Below, piece after piece: positions 46,509 to 54,515 of a DNA stretch of 64,000 nucleotides. Source of the stretch: an uncultured Bacteroidaceae bacterium (GTDB taxonomy: Bacteria > Bacteroidota > Bacteroidia > Bacteroidales > Bacteroidaceae); contig CAJOHO010000012.1 of NCBI GenBank assembly GCA_905234555.1, positions 12,123 through 76,122 of the forward strand. The letters are read 5' to 3'. Made by a program: the position numbers and the translations under genes. Under the pieces are notes generated by a model. It made no database searches and had not been told where the DNA came from. It was given only the letters and a program-made list of their open reading frames with translations. Positions within the stretch are counted from its first letter, which is position 1; every line of letters starts with the position of its first letter.

Positions 46509-46571
46509 CAGAGGGTTCGGAGAACTCGGAGAACTCAGAGGATTCGGAGGATTTAGAGAACTCGGAGGATT
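46509..46571. repeat. seven tandem 9-mers (YRGAGRRYT)
   Basis: The units are CAGAGGGTT, CGGAGAACT, CGGAGAACT, CAGAGGATT, CGGAGGATT, TAGAGAACT and CGGAGGATT. Confidence 0.9.
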
Positions 46572-46572
46572 C

Positions 46573-47235
46573 TCACCATTGGATAGGTGTGAGGCCCTGT
46601 TGTTCGAGATAGTGATTCGTTAGAGAGAAATGATGATTACCAAAGAAGCCGCGATGGGCTGAGAGAGGTGAGGGGTGAGGAGAGGTCAGCACCAAATGAC
46701 GCCGTTCGTCCACCAAAGCCCGTTTGCTGATGGCGTAACTGCCCCAGAGGATGAAGACCAGTCTGCTACGTTCACGACTTAGAATCCGGATGACGGCATC
46801 TGTGAACTGCTCCCAACCCTGACGCTGATGTGAACCAGCCTGATGGGCACGAACTGTCAGTGTGGCATTCAGCAGCAACACACCCTGTCTTGCCCAGCGG
46901 GTGAGGTCGCCCGAAGGAGGAACCGTCACACCTAAGTCATCGTGTATTTCCTTGTAGATATTCACCAGGGAAGGAGGAATCTGCACACCCGTCGGCACAG
47001 AGAAGCACAATCCCTGTGCCTGTCCTTCCTCGTGGTAAGGGTCCTGGCCAATGATGACCACCTTCACTTGGTTAAAAGGACAGAGGTTGAAGGCATTGAA
47101 AATCAAGCCTCCAGGCGGATAGACCCGTCCCTGTGCGTATTCCTGACGCACGAAACGGGTTAACTGGTCGAAATAGGGCGCATCGAATTCACCTTGCAGG
47201 CGTTCGCGCCAAGATTCTTCTATCTTTACTTGCAT
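46573..47235 (-). CDS. ung: uracil-DNA glycosylase
   Basis: It has the GQDPYH and HPSPLSA motifs. The start is ATG 47235 (MQVKIEESW). Confidence 0.9.
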   Translation of the reverse strand: MQVKIEESWRERLQGEFDAPYFDQLTRFVRQEYAQGRVYPPGGLIFNAFNLCPFNQVKVVIIGQDPYHEEGQAQGLCFSVPTGVQIPPSLVNIYKEIHDDLGVTVPPSGDLTRWARQGVLLLNATLTVRAHQAGSHQRQGWEQFTDAVIRILSRERSRLVFILWGSYAISKRALVDERRHLVLTSPHPSPLSAHRGFFGNHHFSLTNHYLEQQGLTPIQW

Positions 47236-48062
47236 GCGTGATACTGAATCAATCCATCCAACGGATCTTGTTCTATCTTTCCTATACGGAATCCCAACTG
47301 TGCTGCTGCCTCTTCCAGTTCCTGACGATAGTTCCAGGCCACAGAACCGATGAAATGGACAGGCAGCTCCTTCCGTCCGTAGAGAGCTACATTGCGAATG
47401 AAGAACTCGCGGAAGCAATCCACCAGAAACGCATGGATTTCCGGCAAGTCGCGATGACGTGAACAGAAAGGTGAGAGGCTGGCAAGGAAACGGTTGGGGA
47501 AGGGTTCGCGATAGACCTTATTGACGATGGATGCCGTTGAAAGCTGAATCTCTTCGCTGAACAAACGGCACACCTCCTCAGAGAACTGACGCTTCAGGCA
47601 GTTGCCTACGAGACGTTTTCCGATATAGGCTCCGCTTCCCTCGTCACCCAAGACATAGCCCAGGGGCGACACGTTACTCACCAGTTCGGTTCCGTCGTAG
47701 AGACAGGAGTTGGAGCCTGTGCCGAGGATGCACACCACCCCACTCTCACGTCCACACAACGAACGGGCAGCTCCCAGCATATCACTATCGACAAAGATGT
47801 CAGCTTCGGTGGAAATGCTGCGACGCAAAGCTGATGCCACCACTGGTGCTTTCTCGGCTGTGCAGCCTGCACCATAGAAATAGATGGCTTCGGCATTTCT
47901 CACCTCCGGCACCAGCGAACGCTGCAACTCAGCGATGATGTCATCTTCGCTTTGCTGGTAAGGATTGATGCCCTGCGTATAGAAAAACTGACGATTCTCA
48001 CCTTCGATGATACACCATGCAGTCTTCGTTGAGCCGCTATCTGCTATCAGGATATTTTGCAT
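47226..48062 (-). CDS. BadF/BadG/BcrA/BcrD-type ATPase (N-acetylglucosamine kinase-like)
   Basis: The N-terminus is [13 protein letters not shown] and there is an internal ILGTGSN. The start is ATG 48062. Its 3' end overlaps the ung start by 10 nt. Confidence 0.7.
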   Translation of the reverse strand: MQNILIADSGSTKTAWCIIEGENRQFFYTQGINPYQQSEDDIIAELQRSLVPEVRNAEAIYFYGAGCTAEKAPVVASALRRSISTEADIFVDSDMLGAARSLCGRESGVVCILGTGSNSCLYDGTELVSNVSPLGYVLGDEGSGAYIGKRLVGNCLKRQFSEEVCRLFSEEIQLSTASIVNKVYREPFPNRFLASLSPFCSRHRDLPEIHAFLVDCFREFFIRNVALYGRKELPVHFIGSVAWNYRQELEEAAAQLGFRIGKIEQDPLDGLIQYHACK

Positions 48063-48093
48063 TTTGTCTTTTTTCGTTTGGGAGACTGAGGTT

Positions 48094-49155
48094 TCAAGCG
48101 CTAAACTCCTTGATGCGCTGTTCTTCCGACAATTTGCAGATGAGCAGCGTGTTGTCCTTCTCTGCCACGATATAGCCATCGAGTCCCTGAATCACCACAC
48201 GACGTTCCTGCGAGGTGTGAACCATGCAGTTACGGGTTTCGTAGAGCTGCACGTTTTCACCCACGACGGCATTGCCCTGGGCATCGCGGTTAGCCAGCGT
48301 GATGAGCGAACCCCATGTTCCAACATCGCTCCAGCCGAAGTCGGCAGGCATCACGAAAATCTCGTCTGCCTTCTCCATCACGGCATAGTCGATGCTGATA
48401 TTCGGGCACTTGGGAAATTCCTTGTCGATGGCTGCCTGTTCCTTGCTTGTACCCATGACAGGCAGAAGGTTTTCGAAGATGTCGGCAATCTCGGACTGGT
48501 AGATACGGAGGGCGTTGACAATGGTGTTGACGCTCCACACGAAGATACCAGAGTTCCAGTAGTATTCCTTATGCTTGATATACTCCTTGGCAGTTTCCAG
48601 ATTGGGCTTCTCGCGGAAGCTGTCCACACGGAAAATGCCCTTGTTGCGAAGTGAGGCTGCAGAGTGGTCGGCTTGGATGTAGCCATAGCCCGTTTCCGGA
48701 CGAGTGGGTTTCATGCCCAGCGTGACGATGGCGTCAGTCTCGGCTGTGAAATCGAGCGCACGCAGCACCACCTTGCGGAATTCTTCGGGATTGAGCACCA
48801 AGTGGTCGCTGGGAGCCACGACGAGGTTCGCCTGCGGGTCCTGCTTCTTGATGCGCCAAGCCACGTAGGCTATACAAGGTGCTGTGTTGCGGCGGCACGG
48901 CTCCAGCAGGATGTTTCCCTCTGGCACCTGTGGCAGCTGCTCCTTCACCAGCCCTGCATACTTCTCGGATGTCACCACCCACACGTTCTGTGGTTCTACC
49001 ACTCCCTCAAAACGATCTACCGTCAGTTGGATGAAAGTGCGTCCACACCCCATCACGTCGATAAACTGCTTGGGACATTCAGGTGTGCTCATGGGCCAGA
49101 AACGGCTACCTACACCACCTGCCATAATGACCAAATGATTGTGCTCTCTACTCAT
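48094..49155 (-). CDS. manC: mannose-1-phosphate guanylyltransferase
   Basis: The N-terminus is LVIMAGGVGSRFWPMS, followed by a nucleotidyltransferase fold. Confidence 0.85.
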   Translation of the reverse strand: MSREHNHLVIMAGGVGSRFWPMSTPECPKQFIDVMGCGRTFIQLTVDRFEGVVEPQNVWVVTSEKYAGLVKEQLPQVPEGNILLEPCRRNTAPCIAYVAWRIKKQDPQANLVVAPSDHLVLNPEEFRKVVLRALDFTAETDAIVTLGMKPTRPETGYGYIQADHSAASLRNKGIFRVDSFREKPNLETAKEYIKHKEYYWNSGIFVWSVNTIVNALRIYQSEIADIFENLLPVMGTSKEQAAIDKEFPKCPNISIDYAVMEKADEIFVMPADFGWSDVGTWGSLITLANRDAQGNAVVGENVQLYETRNCMVHTSQERRVVIQGLDGYIVAEKDNTLLICKLSEEQRIKEFSA

Positions 49156-49185
49156 AATCTTCTACCTTATTTATTATTTAAAGTG

Positions 49186-49193
49186 CAAAATTA
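49186..49193 (-). promoter_or_regulatory. -7 box TAATTTTG (manC operon)
   Basis: It lies 31 nt upstream of ATG 49155. Confidence 0.55.
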
Positions 49194-49286
49194 CGAAAAA
49201 AAAATCATAAACCATAAAAAAGTGTGATAATCCTTGCATTTTTATGAATTTATAAATTATAATTTAGAATTTAGAATTATATTTCG

Positions 49287-49294
49287 TAACTTTG
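49287..49294 (+). promoter_or_regulatory. -7 box TAACTTTG (DUF5020-like gene)
   Basis: It lies 35 nt upstream of ATG 49329. Confidence 0.55.
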
Positions 49295-49328
49295 CAGCCA
49301 ATTTTGAAAACAAATCAATTCGATCCAG

Positions 49329-50090
49329 ATGAAAAAGTATCAGACTATCTTTCTGTTTGCTCTCATCACAGCAACATTCGCGCCAAAGGCGCAAGCACAA
49401 AACCTACAGTTCCACTACGACCTGGGCCACACGCTCCAACCTGAATATCTTTCCGAGCGTCCCAGCGTCACAACTACCTTCGAGCTTTTCAAGCCGGATG
49501 CTTGGGGAAGCACGTTCCTCTTCATCGATCTCGACTATTATTCCAACGGTGTGGGCGGAGCCTATTGGGAAGTTTCTCGCGAGTTCAACGTCACAAAGAA
49601 CAAGCAGTTTGCAGCTCATGTGGAATACGACGGAGGACTGTCCAACTCCAAACACCTGCAGAACAACACACGTTTCCAGCAGGCGGCTCTGGCAGGTCTT
49701 GCCTGGAACTGGCATAGTGCCGACTTCCAGCGCACCTTCAGCGTACAGGCACTTTACAAGCAGTACTTCAAAGGCGAGCAGCCTTGGCAGAAAGCATTCG
49801 CAGGCTTCCAGCTGACTGAGGTGTGGGGGCTGAACTTCGCCAGAGGACTTTGCACATTCTCAGGATTTTGCGACCTTTGGTTCGACAAGAACGTGAACGG
49901 CAAGCTCATCCTTCTCAGCGAACCTCAGTTCTGGTTTAACCTGAAGAATCTGGCTCCTTTCAAGGAAAAATCTTCCTATCCCTCCATCGGCACAGAAGTA
50001 GAGATTTCCAACAATTTCGTCTTCCCAGCCAAAGGTCAGAACAACCGCCTTTTCGTCATTCCCACGCTTGCCTTCAAGTGGAATTTTTAA
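49329..50090 (+). CDS. small outer-membrane beta-barrel (Tsx/DUF5020-like)
   Basis: The signal peptide ends AQAQ and is followed by NLQFHYDLG. The C-terminus ends in an aromatic residue (KWNF). Confidence 0.6.
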   Translation: MKKYQTIFLFALITATFAPKAQAQNLQFHYDLGHTLQPEYLSERPSVTTTFELFKPDAWGSTFLFIDLDYYSNGVGGAYWEVSREFNVTKNKQFAAHVEYDGGLSNSKHLQNNTRFQQAALAGLAWNWHSADFQRTFSVQALYKQYFKGEQPWQKAFAGFQLTEVWGLNFARGLCTFSGFCDLWFDKNVNGKLILLSEPQFWFNLKNLAPFKEKSSYPSIGTEVEISNNFVFPAKGQNNRLFVIPTLAFKWNF

Positions 50091-50102
50091 GTTCCCACCA
50101 AC

Positions 50103-50208
50103 AAAACTGACAGGCTCGTTACTGTGCCTTAACAATCCTACGATCAAAAATTGGCAGGCTCGTTATTGTGCCTTTATCATCCTACAATCAAAAATTGACA
50201 AGTTCGTT
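50103..50208 (+). repeat. 43-44-bp tandem repeat, about 2.5 units
   Basis: The units span 50103-50145, 50146-50189 and 50190 onward. They share AAAAyTGrCAgGcTCGTTAyTGTGCCT. Confidence 0.85.
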
Positions 50209-52426
50209 ACTGTGCCTCGTGGTTTTGCCACGAGGTTTTTTCGTTCCTCATCCCAAAAGTCAGAACCAAGCGAATCTCCGAATAGGTCACATCTGGCGGG
50301 CAGAGATTCTTAATAGGTGTCGCGCCGTCGGCAGTACCTATCTTCCGGACAACCTCCTTGATGGCCTGTTGATGCTCAGGCGGCACCAGGTCGTCTAAGC
50401 TTAGCTCGCCACTTTCAACATAGCGGGCAAGATGCCCAACAATCGTGTTGAGGGTAAGGCAGCGTTCACGGGCGATGAGGTCGGGGTTCATTCCCTCACA
50501 AAAGAGCTGGTACGTCACCTCCCAAGTCTTAGGCTTGGGCATCTTCTGCTCTGGCGTTTTCGCAGCTTTCGACTTTCTGGCACGCTTGGGTTTCTGGTCT
50601 TTCTCTTCCAATGCGTCGAGGGCAGACATCTGCTTCTCCTTCAAGTAGTTGCCGACCGAGAATCCCAGCTCTGCCATCTTCGCCAGCAGGAAGCATCGCG
50701 ACTGCCACACCTGCCGTTCGTCAGCCAAAGCGTTGTCGAGACGACGACGCGCCTGCTTGTTGTTGGTTTCCACCTTCGCTGAGAGCGTGATGGGCTTCGT
50801 GAGGATGGCAATCAGCTGTTCGGCAAAGTAGTCAGCACTTCGTTTCACACGTTCCAGGAACAATTCGTCGCGAAGCGCCTCAACAGGCATCGACTGGATT
50901 TTCTGCTGCCACTTCGCAGCCACATCGACGACTTTCTGGCGAAGGTCGCGCAACGCCTCATCGTGCATCACTCTTAGCTCTGCGTGGCTGTGGTAGAAGA
51001 ACTCAGAGAAGATGCGCACCATTGTCTCCTGATGAAAGAGCAAAGGCTGGAAGTCGAACAGCTGAAGGAGCAGGAAACGCTCGTACTCCTGCTTCAAGGC
51101 TGGCAGCTGGGCAATGCTGCGTGCCGCTTCACTCTCCTGATGGGCGATGTAGTTATCCACTCGCTGGTCGTTGATGACCGAACGGGCCTCCAGAGGCGAG
51201 GCAAGGAGAAGTCCGTCGAGTGTGCGGCAACGGCTCAGGGCTACATACACCTGACCAGGAGCAAAGCTCAGGTTGGCATCGATGATAGCGTGGTCGAACG
51301 TCAAGCCTTGACTCTTGTGAATGGTGATGGCCCAGGCCAGTCGCAAGGGCAGCTGGCGAAACGTACCCTGGACTTCTGCCTCTATCTCGCGTGTCTGTTC
51401 GTTCAGCGTATAGCGTGTGTTCTCCCACACCAGCGGCTCCACCTCGATGGCTTCCGCATCGCCTTCGCAATAGACGGTCAGACGGCTGTCGCTCGCCTCC
51501 GCCACACGTCCGATACGTCCGTTATAGTACAGGTGGTCGCCTGAAGGATCGTTCTTCACGAACATCACCTGTGCACCCTCTTTCAGGACGAGCGTCTCTG
51601 CCGTCGGGTACGAATACTCAGGAAAAGTCCCCTTGACTTCAGCGTGATAGGTGTAGGAGCGTCCAGGCAGTTTCTGCAGCTCTGTCTCGTTGTAGTGGTT
51701 GGCAAGGTTGTTATGGGTGGTCAACCTTATAGCTCCCCCTCTATCGGAGGGGGCTGGGGGGAGGCTTCTGCTGTTCAGCTTCGCCAAAGTGTCAGCCGAC
51801 GGATGACCCTGACGCACATCGTTCAGCAGATGGATGAACGACTCGTCCTGCTGGCGATAAACATGCTCCAGCTGAATCGTCACATAGTCAATCTGCTGCA
51901 AAGCCTTCGAACCAAAGAAATAAGGTGTGTCGTAGTAGGTGTTCAGCATGTGTTCTTCCTCTTGGGTGACAACAGGCGTCAGCTGAGCCAAGTCGCCAAT
52001 CATCAGCAACTGAACGCCGCCAAAGGGCTGGGAGTGGTCACGGAAACGGCGCAGCACAGCATCAATGGCATCGAGCAGGTCGGCTCGCACCATCGAAATC
52101 TCGTCGATAATCAGCAAGTCAATGGAGGCAATGATCTTTCGCTTCTCACGGCTGAAGTCAAACTTGCTTTCGATCTTGGCACCAGGCACGTAGGGTGAGA
52201 AAGGCAGCTGGAAGAAAGAGTGAATCGTCACCCCGCCTGCATTGATAGCAGCCACACCCGTCGGCGCCACCACGATGGGGCGTTTGCGCGAACGCTCCAC
52301 GACGGTTTTCAGGAAGGTTGTCTTTCCCGTTCCCGCCTTGCCCGTCAGGAAAATACTGCGTCTTGTATTCTCCACAAACTCCCATGCTGTATGCAGTTCC
52401 TTGTTCACGTATTGTTTTTCCATCAT
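50207..52426 (-). CDS. Pif1/RecD-like SF1 helicase with a C-terminal helix-turn-helix extension
   Basis: It has Walker A GKAGTGKTT, motif II LLIIDEISMV and a later TIHKSQGLTFD. The start is ATG 52426 (MMEKQ). Confidence 0.8.
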   Translation of the reverse strand: MMEKQYVNKELHTAWEFVENTRRSIFLTGKAGTGKTTFLKTVVERSRKRPIVVAPTGVAAINAGGVTIHSFFQLPFSPYVPGAKIESKFDFSREKRKIIASIDLLIIDEISMVRADLLDAIDAVLRRFRDHSQPFGGVQLLMIGDLAQLTPVVTQEEEHMLNTYYDTPYFFGSKALQQIDYVTIQLEHVYRQQDESFIHLLNDVRQGHPSADTLAKLNSRSLPPAPSDRGGAIRLTTHNNLANHYNETELQKLPGRSYTYHAEVKGTFPEYSYPTAETLVLKEGAQVMFVKNDPSGDHLYYNGRIGRVAEASDSRLTVYCEGDAEAIEVEPLVWENTRYTLNEQTREIEAEVQGTFRQLPLRLAWAITIHKSQGLTFDHAIIDANLSFAPGQVYVALSRCRTLDGLLLASPLEARSVINDQRVDNYIAHQESEAARSIAQLPALKQEYERFLLLQLFDFQPLLFHQETMVRIFSEFFYHSHAELRVMHDEALRDLRQKVVDVAAKWQQKIQSMPVEALRDELFLERVKRSADYFAEQLIAILTKPITLSAKVETNNKQARRRLDNALADERQVWQSRCFLLAKMAELGFSVGNYLKEKQMSALDALEEKDQKPKRARKSKAAKTPEQKMPKPKTWEVTYQLFCEGMNPDLIARERCLTLNTIVGHLARYVESGELSLDDLVPPEHQQAIKEVVRKIGTADGATPIKNLCPPDVTYSEIRLVLTFGMRNEKTSWQNHEAQ
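50209..50241 (+). terminator. intrinsic terminator after the DUF5020-like gene (shared hairpin family)
   Basis: ACTGTG-CCTCGTGG-TTTTG-CCACGAGG is followed by TTTTTT. It matches the reverse complement of 42992-43020 at 26 of 27 positions. Confidence 0.8.
51732..51770 (+). repeat. CCCTC-loop-GAGGG hairpin element inside the helicase CDS
   Basis: The sequence is GCTCCCCCTCTATCGGAGGGGGCTGGGGGGAGGCTTCTG. It is read antisense and in frame as SLPPAPSDRGGA. Confidence 0.8.
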
Positions 52427-52510
52427 TCCTTTATCATCAATTGTTTGAAATATCTTTCTCACCATACCCCAGACCACTTCTGGCAAAAAGTGTGTAAGTT
52501 GCCCTATGAT

Positions 52511-54313
52511 TTAGTGTTCGGTAATGACTTCTACATCGCTGTAGCCCATGCGGTCGCCCTGTGCCAGACGCAGGCCCTCCACACGGATGACTTTGGCACG
52601 CGTGGACTTGCAGCAGATGGTCTGCCAGATGGGATTGTTCACAATATTCGAGAACTCGCCCTCGCCCAGCGTCTCCCAGGTTTTCCAGTCAGTGGTGGCG
52701 GAGATGCGATAGTGGGTGACGATGCCGTCCTTCGAATCCTGTGGCGGCAGATAGCGGAAACCCGTGACGTTCGCCTCGTCATTGAGGGTGATGAACATCA
52801 CGCGGTCGGCACCGAAGAAAATGTAGTAGTCGGATGAATGCTTTTCGCCTGCATCGGGTGTATCAAGCGTGATGTCAGGAGCCAAATACACAGATGTGCG
52901 CTTGATGACAGGCCGGCATCTGGCTTCGGTGACAGTGAAACGCAGACGAGTAGCCGTCACTGTTGGGAAGCAGATGATGCGTCGATGCCCAATCGTGGTC
53001 AGCCCATCACCGTTCTCGGCCAGTTCATCCTTCAGCGGAATCCATTTTCCATCGACTTCGGCTTCGAGCGAGAACTTCTTTACATGTTGCCCACAGCGGA
53101 TGTCCTCCTCAACGACGAAGCGGTTGAACGTTGTTGGCTTTTTGAAGGTGATGAGAGTTCCCTCCTGCGTTCCCCTTTTTGGATCGGCTCCCAATGCTTT
53201 TATTTTTGCTTTCTTCGCCAAATCGATCTTGAACACCTCGTCAATCATCTTCTTGAAGGCGATGCCGCGAATGCTGTCCGTGGGATGGATGCGCCCGTTG
53301 GGAGCGATGGGGAAGTTAAGCAACAGGCAGGAGTTGCGGCCTACCGATTTATAATAGGTGTCCATCAGTTTCGAGAGGCTCTTCACGTTCTCGTTCTCCG
53401 TCTCGTGGTAGAACCAGCCCGGACGGATGCTGGTGTTCGTCTCGGCAGGACACCACACATCGCCGTCCTCCAATCCGTAGTGGAGCATGGGCCATGTGAC
53501 CTCGTCGTCGTGGTTCAGAAAACTCCAATTGGTCTCGCCGACATTACCTGCCTCAGTTCCTACCCAACGCAGGTCACCGCGGTCGCTTCCGTCGTTCCAG
53601 ATGAGACAATGGGGTTGCAACTCACGTATCATCTTATAGGTCTCGGGCCACTCATAATAGGTCGTGCGGTCTATACGGCGCGTCTCGTTCGCCCCGCCAT
53701 ACCAGCCGTCGCCTCCGTTGGCTCCGTCAAACCACACCTCGAACATCGCGCCATACTCCGTCAGCAACTCACGCAGCTGATTGCGGAAGTAGGTGACGTA
53801 TTCTGGTTTGCCGTAATCAGGATGATTTCTGTCCCAAGGTGAGAGATAGACGGCATATTCCAGCCCCTCAGCCTTGCAAGCCTCAGCCAGTTCGCGAACC
53901 ACATCTCCCTGACCATTCTTCCAAGGTGAGTTCTTCACAGAATACTCTGTATATTTCGACGGCCACATACAGAAACCACAATGGTGCTTGGCTGTGAAGA
54001 TGATACCCTTCATACCAGCCTGTTTGCAGACGCGTGCCCACTGGCGACAATCAAGGTCTGTGGGATTGAACAGCTTAGGGTCTTCATTGCCGAAGCCCCA
54101 CTCCTGATCGGTATAAGTGTTCAGCGAATAGTGGATGAAGGCGTACATCTCCATGTCCTGCCATCGCAACTGATTGTCGCTTGGGTAAGGGCCACAAAAC
54201 ACAGAACTATCATAACTCTGCCAAGGACTACGCGGCACAAAAATCCTATCACTCTGCGCGAACAACACAACTGCTATCGTACTTAAAAAGATAGTTGAAA
54301 TCAGTTTTTTCAT
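52511..54313 (-). CDS. GH29 alpha-L-fucosidase with a C-terminal discoidin-like domain
   Basis: It has a signal peptide and a GH29 core (FTAKHHCGFCMWPS, YLSPWD). The start is ATG 54313 (MKKLIS). Confidence 0.85.
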   Translation of the reverse strand: MKKLISTIFLSTIAVVLFAQSDRIFVPRSPWQSYDSSVFCGPYPSDNQLRWQDMEMYAFIHYSLNTYTDQEWGFGNEDPKLFNPTDLDCRQWARVCKQAGMKGIIFTAKHHCGFCMWPSKYTEYSVKNSPWKNGQGDVVRELAEACKAEGLEYAVYLSPWDRNHPDYGKPEYVTYFRNQLRELLTEYGAMFEVWFDGANGGDGWYGGANETRRIDRTTYYEWPETYKMIRELQPHCLIWNDGSDRGDLRWVGTEAGNVGETNWSFLNHDDEVTWPMLHYGLEDGDVWCPAETNTSIRPGWFYHETENENVKSLSKLMDTYYKSVGRNSCLLLNFPIAPNGRIHPTDSIRGIAFKKMIDEVFKIDLAKKAKIKALGADPKRGTQEGTLITFKKPTTFNRFVVEEDIRCGQHVKKFSLEAEVDGKWIPLKDELAENGDGLTTIGHRRIICFPTVTATRLRFTVTEARCRPVIKRTSVYLAPDITLDTPDAGEKHSSDYYIFFGADRVMFITLNDEANVTGFRYLPPQDSKDGIVTHYRISATTDWKTWETLGEGEFSNIVNNPIWQTICCKSTRAKVIRVEGLRLAQGDRMGYSDVEVITEH

Positions 54314-54351
54314 ATTTATATCGGTATTATCCTGCAAAGTTCAGAAAAAAA

Positions 54352-54430
54352 ATGAAATATGAAGAATGAAGTGTGAAAAATGAAGAGTGAAGCGTGAAAA
54401 GTGAAGCGAGAAGGGTGAAGAGAAGAAAGG
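54352..54430. repeat. about 11 tandem 7-8-mers of the RTGAAGN family
   Basis: The sequence is ATGAAATATGAAGAATGAAGTGTGAAAAATGAAGAGTGAAGCGTGAAAAGTGAAGCGAGAAGGGTGAAGAGAAGAAAGG. Confidence 0.85.
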
Positions 54431-54466
54431 AATAAATGTGTTTACGCATATATCATTCAATTTTAA

Positions 54467-54515
54467 AATTCAAAACTATTTATTCAGATTTATAATTCAA
54501 AACTATTTATTCAGA
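54467..54515. repeat. 27-bp-period duplication of the 3' terminus of the 1098-aa gene
   Basis: AATTCAAAACTATTTATTCAGA occurs at 54467-54488 and again at 54494-54515. The second copy contains the stop and the last four codons. Confidence 0.85.

Noticed and set aside
46509-46571. The 9-mer array as a coding extension of ung or the HAD gene
   Set aside because: It lies beyond the ung stop (46573-46575) and upstream of the HAD ATG (46498-46500). The only ORF reading it (46272-46556, plus strand) is antisense to the HAD gene and Arg-rich.
40859-54313. gmd, fcl, manC and the GH29 fucosidase as a novel fucose system
   Set aside because: These are the standard GDP-L-fucose biosynthesis enzymes and a standard fucosidase. 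They are scattered among unrelated housekeeping genes on different strands. This is expected Bacteroidota biology rather than a new system.
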